DNA of 64,000 nt. Origin: an uncultured Candidatus Saccharibacteria bacterium. GTDB taxonomy: Bacteria; Patescibacteriota; Saccharimonadia; Saccharimonadales; UBA10212. Positions 10,209-18,895 of this stretch are shown here, piece by piece. The position numbers were made by a program, and so were the translations under genes. The stretch is from assembly GCA_964624785.1 (NCBI GenBank), contig CAZUXR010000002.1, forward strand, positions 363-64,362, read 5' to 3'. Under the pieces are notes generated by a model. It ran no database searches. It was not told the DNA's origin and was given only the letters and a program-made list of their open reading frames with translations. Position 1 is the stretch's first letter. Every line of letters begins with the position of its first letter.

Positions 10209-10997
10209 ATGGCCATAGCAAAAAAATCTTTAGGGCAGCATTGGTTGAATGATCCAGCTAGTTTACAGGCGATGTGTAGCGCTGTTGAACTTAATAACCA
10301 AGACACGGTTTTAGAGATTGGTCCCGGCCTTGGTTCGCTCACAAAGTTTCTTGTTAGGGCCGCCAAACAAGTAATAGCAATTGAGCTGGATGAAGAATTA
10401 GGCAGCATATTGCCGCACATTATCGGTGCGGATAATTTAAAAGTTACTTCCGGCAACATACTAGAATTCAACTTGTCCGAGCTTCCTGCCGGCTATAAAG
10501 TCGTAGCCAACATTCCATATTACCTAACGGGTAAAATTCTGCGCATGTTTGCGGACGCCCATAATCAGCCAGCAATAATTGCGCTCTTGGTCCAAAAGGA
10601 AGTCGCCCAGCGGATCGCTGCAGGCGCGGATCAGATGAGCATATTAAGCGTGGCCGTTCAGCTTCATTACGAAGTTAGGCTAGATAAACTAGTACTGGCA
10701 AAACTATTTAGCCCACCGCCAAAAGTTGATTCTCAAATTATCGTTCTAAGCCAAAGACTCCAACCATTGTTCGATGATATTGATGTAGCTATATATATGC
10801 GGCTAGTCAAAGCGGGTTTTAGCTCTCCGCGCAAAAAGCTGCGCAGTTCGCTAAGCGCCGGCCTTGGAATAGATAAATCTCAGGCCGAGCAGCTGCTGGG
10901 CAAAGCCGGAATTAGCCCGGACGATCGAGCACAAAACTTATCGGTTAGTGATTGGTATAGCCTTTATAAGGCGCACGGGTCGACTGATATAATTTAG
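10209..10997 (+). CDS. rsmA: 16S rRNA (adenine1518/1519-N6)-dimethyltransferase
   Basis: KKSLGQHWL, LEIGPGLGSLT and NIPY motifs. ATG 10209 is chosen so the gene does not overlap the upstream gene, which ends at 10203. Confidence 0.9.
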   Translation: MAIAKKSLGQHWLNDPASLQAMCSAVELNNQDTVLEIGPGLGSLTKFLVRAAKQVIAIELDEELGSILPHIIGADNLKVTSGNILEFNLSELPAGYKVVANIPYYLTGKILRMFADAHNQPAIIALLVQKEVAQRIAAGADQMSILSVAVQLHYEVRLDKLVLAKLFSPPPKVDSQIIVLSQRLQPLFDDIDVAIYMRLVKAGFSSPRKKLRSSLSAGLGIDKSQAEQLLGKAGISPDDRAQNLSVSDWYSLYKAHGSTDII

Positions 10998-10999
10998 GT

Positions 11000-11440
11000 A
11001 TGGAAATAAGTGCAAGTGCCGGGGGTATAATTGTTAGCCCAAAAGGACTGATTGCCGTTACTAATCAAGACGGAGTAAGTTGGTCGCTGCCAAAAGGTCG
11101 CTTAGAGGTTGGTGAAGATGAGCTAACCGCAGCTAAACGCGAAATTCTGGAAGAAACAGGGATTGAGCAGGTAATTCTTATAAAAAAGCTTGGCACCTAC
11201 GAACGTTATAAAATCGGCAAGGGCGGCAAAGGTGAAAACAAAACTATTAAAAAAATAATTACGCTATTTCTTTTTACGACTGACCAGGAAAAATTAGAAC
11301 CCCAAGATCCAGACAACCCCGAAGCCCGGTGGGTGAGTCCGGATAAAGTAACAGAATTTTTAACGCACCAAGCAGACAAAGATTTTTATAACAGCAAATT
11401 ACCAGAAGTTGCCAGATTAATCAAAGCACGTAGGCTGTGA
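11000..11440 (+). CDS. NUDIX hydrolase
   Basis: Nudix box GRLEVGEDELTAAKREILEETGI. Confidence 0.85.
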   Translation: MEISASAGGIIVSPKGLIAVTNQDGVSWSLPKGRLEVGEDELTAAKREILEETGIEQVILIKKLGTYERYKIGKGGKGENKTIKKIITLFLFTTDQEKLEPQDPDNPEARWVSPDKVTEFLTHQADKDFYNSKLPEVARLIKARRL

Positions 11441-11441
11441 T

Positions 11442-11462
11442 GTGCGAGGCCAGGCCTCACAC
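11442..11462. repeat. REP-like palindromic repeat GTGCGAGGCCAGGCCTCACAC (copy 1, intergenic)
   Basis: The same ~21-bp palindrome (core GTGAGGCC/GGCCTCAC) recurs at 50020, 50068 and 52518. Confidence 0.7.
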
Positions 11463-11564
11463 AAAAAAAGAGGGTTAGCTTGGTCTTATGGTATAATATA
11501 CTTAGTTTGATAATTACAATGGTTCATCCGCCGGAAGTGGCTGCAAGAAAATGCAGGGTTTCCG

Positions 11565-11971
11565 GGGGCTGAATTTTAAGCTCGACGTTGGACTTTAACA
11601 ACTTTGCATGGCAGGCCGGGTTGATCTGCACGTTAGCCGGATCAAAAAGATAGTTGCAAAAACTCTATCTCAGCGTGTAAACGCTGCTGCTGCGAACTTG
11701 TTTGCGGCATGTAGCTTTGCACCAACAGCGGCTTAAGTTATATAGGTTGCCGCTGCTCGATCGACACCAGATGAGTCGAAGTAGCGCCATATTATCTGGT
11801 TGCAGGTCTAGGAGTTTATCCGCTCTTGGGCTCTAAGATTTTAGGGTTGCGGAAATCACGCTTTTTGTTTGTTTAACAGCATGGTTACCAAAGATTTTTA
11901 AACAGACTAAGCCTGTAGTCATTAAGGAAGTTAACCGACGGACGCGGGGGAAGTATCCGCCAGCTCCACCA
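11565..11971 (+). ncRNA. ssrA: tmRNA (transfer-messenger RNA)
   Basis: The 5' end GGGGCUGAAUUUUAAGCUCGACG and 3' end GGACGCGGG...CCGCCAGCUCCACCA closely match the E. coli tmRNA acceptor and T-arm, including the G3:U pair. An internal tag frame starts at GCA 11656 (preceded by AAAAAGAUAGUU, as in E. coli AAAAAAUAGUC-GCA) and ends ...FAPTAA at TAA 11734-11736. The T-loop (GGAAGUA) is non-canonical. Confidence 0.8.
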
Positions 11972-12003
11972 AAAAAACACCAATTTGTTTTGGTGTTTTT
12001 TTG
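11972..12003 (+). terminator. Rho-independent terminator of ssrA
   Basis: AACACCAA / TTGGTGTT stem followed by a T7 run. Confidence 0.6.
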
Positions 12004-12161
12004 ATTTCTTTAGCTTTTGCAACAGATAGTTATGTAAGATTTTACTCTTGACTTATGGGAAAGCATATGGTAAAGTTAGAATCAAGAATGCTTTAGTGTT
12101 CTAAGGTCGCACTCCTAACGAGTGCGAGCACATCCCCAACTAGAAAAGTGGTGAAAACGCG

Positions 12162-12542
12162 ATGGAATATCCTCGCCGCAACAGCGACCAGCGCTACACC
12201 CGCAAGGTGACCCTGCCGTCCGGGAAGATCATCGAGATCATCGAGGACACCCCGACAACGGCGGCAGACCTGCACGTCTGCCCCGAGTGTCACTCTGAGC
12301 TCGTGTATCCCGTCGACTGGGACGAGGCCGGTCCCACCAGCTGGGAGGTTAGCCTCCGCTGCCCCAACTGCGAGTGGACGCTCACCGGGATATTCGACGA
12401 GGAATCCATCCAGCGCTTCGACGACATCCTCGACGCCGGCACCGAGGAGCTCGTCGCGCTCGATCGGGCGAACATGGGTAGGGACGTCGGGCTCCTCATC
12501 TCAGCGCTCAGCTGCGACCACCTCCTCCCCGAGGACTTCTAG
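12162..12542 (+). CDS. Hypothetical Zn-ribbon protein encoded in an anomalously GC-rich segment
   Basis: GC-rich codon usage (GCC/GAG/CGC/CTC), unlike its flanks. The protein has a CPECH...CPNC four-Cys motif. The gene sits directly 3' of ssrA and is followed by a hairpin terminator. Confidence 0.5.
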   Translation: MEYPRRNSDQRYTRKVTLPSGKIIEIIEDTPTTAADLHVCPECHSELVYPVDWDEAGPTSWEVSLRCPNCEWTLTGIFDEESIQRFDDILDAGTEELVALDRANMGRDVGLLISALSCDHLLPEDF

Positions 12543-12580
12543 GTCGCCCGCCACCAATGCCCAACCACAATAGGGGATCG

Positions 12581-12639
12581 CCCCCGGAAAGAAGCTAGAG
12601 CTATAACAGCTCGCTACCTCCGGGGGCTTCTTTCTTTTT
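12581..12639 (+). terminator. Hairpin plus T-rich tract downstream of the GC-rich ORF
   Basis: CCCCCGGA...TCCGGGGG stem with an inner GAAAGAAGC/GCTTCTTTC pairing, followed by CTTCTTTCTTTTT. Confidence 0.4.
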
Positions 12640-12651
12640 AAAACCTAAATT

Positions 12652-13515
12652 TTAATGAATCCAAAAATAAACAGACAGCACAAAACCGGCGCTTAGGCAG
12701 TAAATTGCGAAAGGCTTTAGAGTGTTGGTCTGGAAGAATTTAAGCAAAAAGCGGATTGATAAATACGCGGTAACGGCTGCACACAATGCGCCAACTAACG
12801 CTGCTGTGCGCAAATCTGCTGCTTCTGGCTTAAATAACCCCGGCAGTTTAAGCAGTGCTGCCGCGCCAATGATTGGTGTAGCCAGCAAAAAGCTGAATCG
12901 GGCGGCGTTTTCGTTATTAAGTCCCGCTAGCAAACCACCAGCCATAGAAGAACCGGAGCGCGATATTCCTGGAATTAATGCGGCGGCTTGGGCGGTGCCA
13001 ACTAGCGCAGCTTTGCGCCACCCGAGTTTTGAAATTTCTTTGTCGCTACTAGCAGCATCTAGCTTGCCCCGGCTATTATTGCGTCGTAGGGCCTCTGCGC
13101 CCAGTAGAATAAATCCATTGATAAACAAAAATATGGCCGCGCCCTGAGCCGATGAAAATAGCGTTCGTAGTTTATGTTCTAGTCCTAGCCCAATAATTCC
13201 AGCTGGAATAGAACCAACAACAAGTAACCAGCCTAGTTTGGCGTAGGTGTCATCTGCTTTAATACGGCGAGAAACTGCAGATCTAACCAGACCCTGAATG
13301 ATCTTTAGCCAGTCTTTCCAAAAGAACAAAAACAAAACGATGGCGGTAGCCAGGTGGGTGGCAACTAAGAAAGTTAAAAAGTTGGAGTCGTTTTGCTGGA
13401 TGTTCCAGCCAACAAGCTTGGGGAAAATAACGCTGTGGCCCAAGCTAGAAATAGGGAATAGTTCGCTCACCCCTTGCAGGAGCCCTAATATTATCGCTTG
13501 AAAAATCGATATCAT
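12652..13515 (-). CDS. uppP: Undecaprenyl-diphosphate phosphatase
   Basis: BacA/UppP family: SELFPISSLGHS, an eight-TM protein, and the PGISRSG motif. Confidence 0.9.
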   Translation of the reverse strand: MISIFQAIILGLLQGVSELFPISSLGHSVIFPKLVGWNIQQNDSNFLTFLVATHLATAIVLFLFFWKDWLKIIQGLVRSAVSRRIKADDTYAKLGWLLVVGSIPAGIIGLGLEHKLRTLFSSAQGAAIFLFINGFILLGAEALRRNNSRGKLDAASSDKEISKLGWRKAALVGTAQAAALIPGISRSGSSMAGGLLAGLNNENAARFSFLLATPIIGAAALLKLPGLFKPEAADLRTAALVGALCAAVTAYLSIRFLLKFFQTNTLKPFAIYCLSAGFVLSVYFWIH

Positions 13516-13557
13516 TTATGCTTAGCATAGCATACGTTTTTTACAGCAAAAAAAGTA

Positions 13558-13586
13558 TTGATTTTAGGGAGGACAAAGAGTATAAA
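13558..13586 (+). promoter_or_regulatory. Sigma70-like promoter (TTGATT-17-TATAAA) with no annotated gene downstream
   Basis: TTGATT (13558-63), a 17-nt spacer, and TATAAA (13581-86). It faces away from uppP. Confidence 0.35.
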
Positions 13587-13703
13587 ATTAACTATGGTCG
13601 CAAAGCGTATTACAATCTGCCCAATTATGCTCACTCAAGTGAGCTAGTTGCAGTTGTTTGTAAATACGTTTTAAACCAGAATTAAACCAAGAAAACTTAC
13701 AAA

Positions 13704-13738
13704 AGGACTGCAAATCAAACTGCGGTCCTTTTTCTTTG
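13704..13738 (+). terminator. Rho-independent terminator ending a ~145-nt orphan transcript
   Basis: AGGACUGCA / UGCGGUCCU 9-bp stem (one G-U pair), an 8-nt loop, then UUUUUCUUU. Confidence 0.45.
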
Positions 13739-13990
13739 CCACCCGGCCAGTAGACTTTTACTAAAAAAGTTTAGCGGCGGGGCGGTTGCGAAGGTGTCCT
13801 GTATGGCGAAAGCATATCGCTGTATGGGGAACCCTTGGTAAACGTCCCGACCATTTTCGTCTCTTGCGACCTGTGGCTAATCAGGCAGCAAGAGTTAACA
13901 ATTAGGGAGAAGAAAAGCAGCAAAGAAGGCAGTCCCAGAAGTAAAATTCCTGGCGTCAGTGCCCATCTATCATCAAAGGAGAATGTAGCT

Positions 13991-14257
13991 GTGAGCTCGT
14001 TGGTACTCGAAGTAAGCACCGAGGTGGACTTGAAGCGGCAATTGAGGCGTTGTCTAAAGACAGGCGACACTGATGGCGTACTCGGTCTTGCTGGCGCCTA
14101 TGTCGGCTTCTGTACTTCTGAGTCGGAGCACAGAATGTTTCTGCGTAGCATGCGAAAAGTGATATACGATCTTGGGCTTGAGCGCGAGGCCAGAGAGGAA
14201 CTGCTACGGCATTTGTACAGCATGTCGAGCTACGAGGAGTTCTTCCCGGGTGTATGA
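13991..14257 (+). CDS. Hypothetical small protein in a GC-elevated patch
   Basis: GTG 13991 is preceded by AAAGGAGAA at 6-nt spacing; the track ORF 13835..14257 is in the same frame. Product not recognised. Confidence 0.3.
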   Translation: MSSLVLEVSTEVDLKRQLRRCLKTGDTDGVLGLAGAYVGFCTSESEHRMFLRSMRKVIYDLGLEREAREELLRHLYSMSSYEEFFPGV

Positions 14258-14490
14258 CGATAATCTTTCCAAGGAGGGCTGTGCGGTCTGCGAGATCCGC
14301 GGGCTACATTAGTAAGTGCGGCTGGGGGAGATCCCCCCAGCCGCCCCGTCGGGATTACCGCCAGCCTTTGCGGGAATTAGCGCTTTTATAGCTCACCCTA
14401 GCGATAATATCGCTCGGGAGGCTTTTTAAGCATAAAACCGTTACTAATCTTTATCTTCTCCCTCTCTCAACTTTTGATACAATTAAACCA

Positions 14491-14658
14491 ATGAACAAAA
14501 GCCTAATGTATTTAATGATATTCGTAGGCGGAGCAATAGGTTCTTATCTGCCCGTTCTACTTGGTCAGAGTGCGTTTTCGCTAGCTAGTATTATGGGCGG
14601 ATTTATCGGCAGTATTGCAGGTGTTTGGGCGGCTTATAGAATAAATAGTTCAATTTAG
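14491..14658 (+). CDS. Small two-TM membrane protein, GlsB/YeaQ/YmgE-like (Gly-zipper)
   Basis: 55 aa: MNKSLMYLMIFVGGAIGSYLPVLLGQSAFSLASIMGGFIGSIAGVWAAYRINSSI. Not in the ORF track because it is under 60 aa. Confidence 0.45.
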   Translation: MNKSLMYLMIFVGGAIGSYLPVLLGQSAFSLASIMGGFIGSIAGVWAAYRINSSI

Positions 14659-14708
14659 ATCGTTTGATCTATTGACTGGTCCCTGCTTTGTAGCATAGGC
14701 TGGAGCTT

Positions 14709-15983
14709 ATGGTTATCGCAAAAGTCAAAGACTTAAAAGACAAAATTCTATTAAAGGGCCGGCATGATATTTTGACTGCTCATGATGTGCAAACTGCCCG
14801 TAATTATATAGATGGTTATTGGGCTAAGTTGACTCGCAATCACCCCAAGGACGATGACAGTTTGCTGGGTTTGCCGCACCCATATTTGGTACCTGCTCAC
14901 GAAGAAGGCCACGAATTTGACTTTAACGAACTCTATTATTGGGATAGTTATTTTATGGTCCAGGGAATGCTCAAAGACAAAAGACAAAAAGAGTTAGTTG
15001 TTGGCATCTTGGAAAATCTACTAAGTCTTTATGCGCGGTTCAAAATTATTCCTAACGCCTCACGCACGTATTTAACCGGACGGTCGCAGCCACCGCTATT
15101 AACTACTTTTATCCTAGATGTCTACAAGGCTTATGATATGGACAAGAAGTGGTTGAACGAGCACATAGACATTGCTAAAGACGAATATCAGCGCGTCTGG
15201 ATGGGGACTCGCAAACCAAATGTTCGCCAAGTTTACGAAGGTTTAAGTCGTTATTACGATATTAATCACTTGAACGATCTAGCAGAGGCCGAAAGCGGCT
15301 GGGATCACACGACTCGTTTTAACCGCAAATGCCTAAACTACTTACCGGTGGATTTAAATGCGTTGTTGTTTAAGTACGAAATGGATTTTGCGCAGGTCGC
15401 TTTACTGCTTGGTAAAAAAGAAGAAGCCGCCGAGTGGGAAGAAGCCGCACGCTGGCGTCAAGTTACGATGAATAAGCTGATGTGGAGTGATTTTAAAGGC
15501 CTGTATTACGACTACAATTACGCCAAAAAACAGCGAGGCAGCGTGGATTCTTTGGCCGCATACTTTCCGATGTGGGCAGGAATGGTTACCGAAAAACAAG
15601 CCGCCCAGCTAGTGAGTTCGCTGCGAAGATTCGAAGAAAAGGGAGGGCTCGTCACGACAAACTCTACAGCGTTAAGCCAGCTAACACCAAGTCCGATTCC
15701 CGCACAGTGGGCGCATCCGAACGGTTGGGCTCCTTTGCAGTTCATTGCTGTCAAGGGCTTGCAGCGTTATGGCTACCATGACGATGCCCGCCGAATTGCC
15801 CACAAATGGCTTAAATGCAACCTGGACTGGTTTAATGAGCACGGTGTATTTTTGGAAAAGTATAACGTAGTGGCCCCGGATAAACCGCCCGCAAAAGGCG
15901 TTTATCCGTCGCAAGTCGGCTTTGGTTGGACGAACGCAGTTTTTGAAAAACTTTGCCAAGATTTTATAGACCATAAAGGATAG
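14709..15983 (+). CDS. Alpha,alpha-trehalase (GH37), cytoplasmic form
   Basis: Trehalase signature 1 FNELYYWDSYF and signature 2 QWAHPNGWAPLQ. No signal peptide. Confidence 0.85.
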   Translation: MVIAKVKDLKDKILLKGRHDILTAHDVQTARNYIDGYWAKLTRNHPKDDDSLLGLPHPYLVPAHEEGHEFDFNELYYWDSYFMVQGMLKDKRQKELVVGILENLLSLYARFKIIPNASRTYLTGRSQPPLLTTFILDVYKAYDMDKKWLNEHIDIAKDEYQRVWMGTRKPNVRQVYEGLSRYYDINHLNDLAEAESGWDHTTRFNRKCLNYLPVDLNALLFKYEMDFAQVALLLGKKEEAAEWEEAARWRQVTMNKLMWSDFKGLYYDYNYAKKQRGSVDSLAAYFPMWAGMVTEKQAAQLVSSLRRFEEKGGLVTTNSTALSQLTPSPIPAQWAHPNGWAPLQFIAVKGLQRYGYHDDARRIAHKWLKCNLDWFNEHGVFLEKYNVVAPDKPPAKGVYPSQVGFGWTNAVFEKLCQDFIDHKG

Positions 15984-15989
15984 ACTGGA

Positions 15990-16517
15990 ATGGCATTAAT
16001 AAGTTGCGGGATTTTGCTTTATAAGAAAGCAGGTGATGAAGTCGAAGTTTTACTAGTTCATCCTGGTGGTCCTTTTTGGGCTAAAAAGGATTTGGGTGCT
16101 TGGTCATTGCCAAAAGGAGAGAGCGAACAGGGCGAAGACTATCTGAACGCTGCAAAGCGTGAGTTCCAAGAAGAACTGGGTTTTGCCGCACCCGCCGGCG
16201 AGTATCAGGAGCTTGGCGAAACCAAGCTGAATAGCGGCAAAGTTATACATGTTTGGGCGATCAAAGGGGACTTGGACGCCAGTAAAATTACGAGCAATAA
16301 AATTCAAATAGACTGGCCACCCAAAAGCGGTAAAAAAATAGAAATCCCAGAAGTGGACCGGGCGGAGTGGGTAAACATAAATAATGCAATTCCAAAAATG
16401 CATAAAGGACAGGGGGTGTTCGTTGAACGCCTAGCCGGCAAACTGGACATTATTCTAGAAGGATCAAAAGACACGACGACAACGGGGGTCCTTAAAACCC
16501 AACAAACACTCTTCTAA
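15990..16517 (+). CDS. NUDIX hydrolase
   Basis: Nudix box GESEQGEDYLNAAKREFQEELGF. Confidence 0.85.
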   Translation: MALISCGILLYKKAGDEVEVLLVHPGGPFWAKKDLGAWSLPKGESEQGEDYLNAAKREFQEELGFAAPAGEYQELGETKLNSGKVIHVWAIKGDLDASKITSNKIQIDWPPKSGKKIEIPEVDRAEWVNINNAIPKMHKGQGVFVERLAGKLDIILEGSKDTTTTGVLKTQQTLF

Positions 16518-16640
16518 TCTTTTCCACGCAGTACATAATATACATAATCTTGGCATATGTCTTTTTTATGTATCAAATTGCTATGGTGATTATTAACTTT
16601 GGGGCTGATAAAGAGCCAAAAACAGGGTACAATATGTGTA

Positions 16641-18086
16641 ATGAGTAATTTTTATGTGACAACTTCTATTCCGTATGTAAATAGTCCGCCGCATGTTGGA
16701 TTTGGTATGGAGCTAGTAATGGCCGATGTTATCGCGCGCTACGCTCGCGCCCATGATATGCAAGTTTTGTTTTCTACCGGTACCGACGAGCACGGTGGCA
16801 AGATTGCCGAAAAAGCTGTAGAAAATAAAATGACCCCAAAAGAATACGCCGACCAAATCAGTCAGCGGTTTCGCGATTTGTCCGAAAGTCTAAATATTAG
16901 TAATGACTTTTTTATCAGAACTACGGACTCCGGCCATGAACAGCGCGCCCAAAAAATCTGGAAAAACCTAGGCGAACACATATACAAAGGCACATACACC
17001 GGCTGGTATTGCACCGGGGACGAAGAATATTTTCCCGAGCAGGTCGTTAGAGCTAACAAGGGTGTATGCCCAGATCATAAACGTCCCTACGAAGAGTTAA
17101 AAGAAGAAAATTATTTTTTTAAACTTAGCGCCTTTGCTCCAAAGATTAAAGAGGCGATAGAAAGCGAAACCTTGCGCATTGTACCAGGGACCCGCAAAAA
17201 CGAAATTATGTCCGTGATTAACGACGGCCTGGACGACATCAGCATTAGTCGGCCAAAAGATAAAATTTCTTGGGGAGTACCGATTCCAGGCGACTCCGAT
17301 CAGGTTATGTATGTTTGGTTCGAGGCTTTAATGAACTACATCACAGTGCTTGGATATCCGGAAAGTGATAATTTTAAAAAGTTCTGGCCAGCTGACGTGC
17401 AGGTAATCGGCAAAGGAATCCTGCGTTTTCATGCCGCTATCTGGCCGGGAATTTTACTGGCACTTGGGCTCGATCTGCCAAAGAATCTTTATGTACACGG
17501 ATACGTTACCGTAGATAATTCAAAAATGAGCAAGAGCTTGGGCAATACTGTGGCGCCGAATGAAGTGGTAGAAAAGTACGGCGCCGATGCCTTTCGTTAT
17601 TTCTTCCTGCGCCACGTTCCATCTTACGGAGACGGGGACTTTACCTGGGACAAGCTGGAAGCCGCGTACAATAATGAGCTAGCCGACCAACTAGGCAACG
17701 CCGTAAGCCGCACCAGCGCTATGATCGCCAAGTATCAGAATGGATTGATTGGCGATATTCCAGATCCCGATCATGATATTGCCGGCTACGAACAAGCTAT
17801 GGAAGACTTCCATTTTGACCGGGCGCTAAGTGATATTTGGGAACAAGTCAAAGGATTAAACCAATACATAGAAGAGACTAAGCCATGGGAAATTGCTGCC
17901 AGTAACGACCCAGACCATCTGCGCGAAGTACTCGCGTATCTAACCGCTAGTTTGCTGGAAATCGCTGAACTTCTGGCGCCGTTTATGCCCACGACCGCAG
18001 AAAAAATCCAAAGTGTTTTTGCCAGCGGCATACTAAAACCCTTGCCAGAATCTCTGTTCCCAAAGCACGATCAACCAAAAAAATAA
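16641..18086 (+). CDS. metG: Methionine--tRNA ligase
   Basis: PYVNSPPHVGFG (HIGH-like), KMSKSLGN, and an anticodon-binding domain. ATG 16641 is preferred over the track start at 16599. Confidence 0.9.
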   Translation: MSNFYVTTSIPYVNSPPHVGFGMELVMADVIARYARAHDMQVLFSTGTDEHGGKIAEKAVENKMTPKEYADQISQRFRDLSESLNISNDFFIRTTDSGHEQRAQKIWKNLGEHIYKGTYTGWYCTGDEEYFPEQVVRANKGVCPDHKRPYEELKEENYFFKLSAFAPKIKEAIESETLRIVPGTRKNEIMSVINDGLDDISISRPKDKISWGVPIPGDSDQVMYVWFEALMNYITVLGYPESDNFKKFWPADVQVIGKGILRFHAAIWPGILLALGLDLPKNLYVHGYVTVDNSKMSKSLGNTVAPNEVVEKYGADAFRYFFLRHVPSYGDGDFTWDKLEAAYNNELADQLGNAVSRTSAMIAKYQNGLIGDIPDPDHDIAGYEQAMEDFHFDRALSDIWEQVKGLNQYIEETKPWEIAASNDPDHLREVLAYLTASLLEIAELLAPFMPTTAEKIQSVFASGILKPLPESLFPKHDQPKK

Positions 18087-18090
18087 TAGT

Positions 18091-18888
18091 ATGACCCAGA
18101 TTGCCGCTGAACTTTTTGATACGCACTGCCATATTCATTTTGATGATTACGGTTTGGACAAGAACGAGGTTATTCAAAGCGCGCACAACGCTGGAGTAAA
18201 CAAGATGATCTGTGTCGGAACAACTCTAAAAGACAGTGCTATAGCTGTGAAATTTGCTTTTGTTCATGACAATATTTGGGCGAGTGTTGGCATCCATCCC
18301 CACGAAGCAGATGATTTTGACGATTCTTCCGCAGAGATGCTAAAGGATTTAGCTGCACAGGATAAAGTTGTGGCAATCGGCGAGATCGGCCTTGATTATT
18401 ACTATCAAAATAGCAGCAAACAAGCGCAGCTGGACGTTTTAAAAACTCAGATAGAGGTTGGTATTAAGGCAAACTTACCGCTTATTTTTCATGTACGTGA
18501 CAACAAAGAAAACACAGGGGAAGTCTGGCGGGATTTTTGGCGGATTTTTGATTCTTATTCAAACTTGCGGGGAGTGGTCCATAGTTTTAGCGCACATCAA
18601 TCGCAATTGGATCAAATTTTAGGCCGTAATTTATATGTTGGACTGAACGGAATAATGACATTTACTCATGATGAGCGCCAGCTTGCGGCGGCCAAAAAAG
18701 TGCCGCTTGATAAATTAGTTTTAGAAACCGATGCGCCGTTTTTGACTCCCAAACCGTTCCGCGGCAAGGTTTGCGAACCAAAACACGTAGCCAACACGGC
18801 CCGATTCTTAGCGGAACTGCGAGAGGAATCTTACGAAGAACTGGCCAAAGCCACCACAAAAAATGCACTTAATCTGTTTAAACTATAG
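18091..18888 (+). CDS. tatD: TatD-family metal-dependent DNase
   Basis: FDTHCHI, GEIGLDYY, and His/Asp metal ligands. Confidence 0.9.
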   Translation: MTQIAAELFDTHCHIHFDDYGLDKNEVIQSAHNAGVNKMICVGTTLKDSAIAVKFAFVHDNIWASVGIHPHEADDFDDSSAEMLKDLAAQDKVVAIGEIGLDYYYQNSSKQAQLDVLKTQIEVGIKANLPLIFHVRDNKENTGEVWRDFWRIFDSYSNLRGVVHSFSAHQSQLDQILGRNLYVGLNGIMTFTHDERQLAAAKKVPLDKLVLETDAPFLTPKPFRGKVCEPKHVANTARFLAELREESYEELAKATTKNALNLFKL

Positions 18889-18895
18889 TCATAAT

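Noticed and set aside
12093-13147. Minus and plus shadow ORFs in the GC-rich ORF and antisense to uppP (12093..12293, 12290..12499, 12722..13147)
   Set aside because: These are GC-driven open frames or frames antisense to a conserved membrane enzyme. No independent support.
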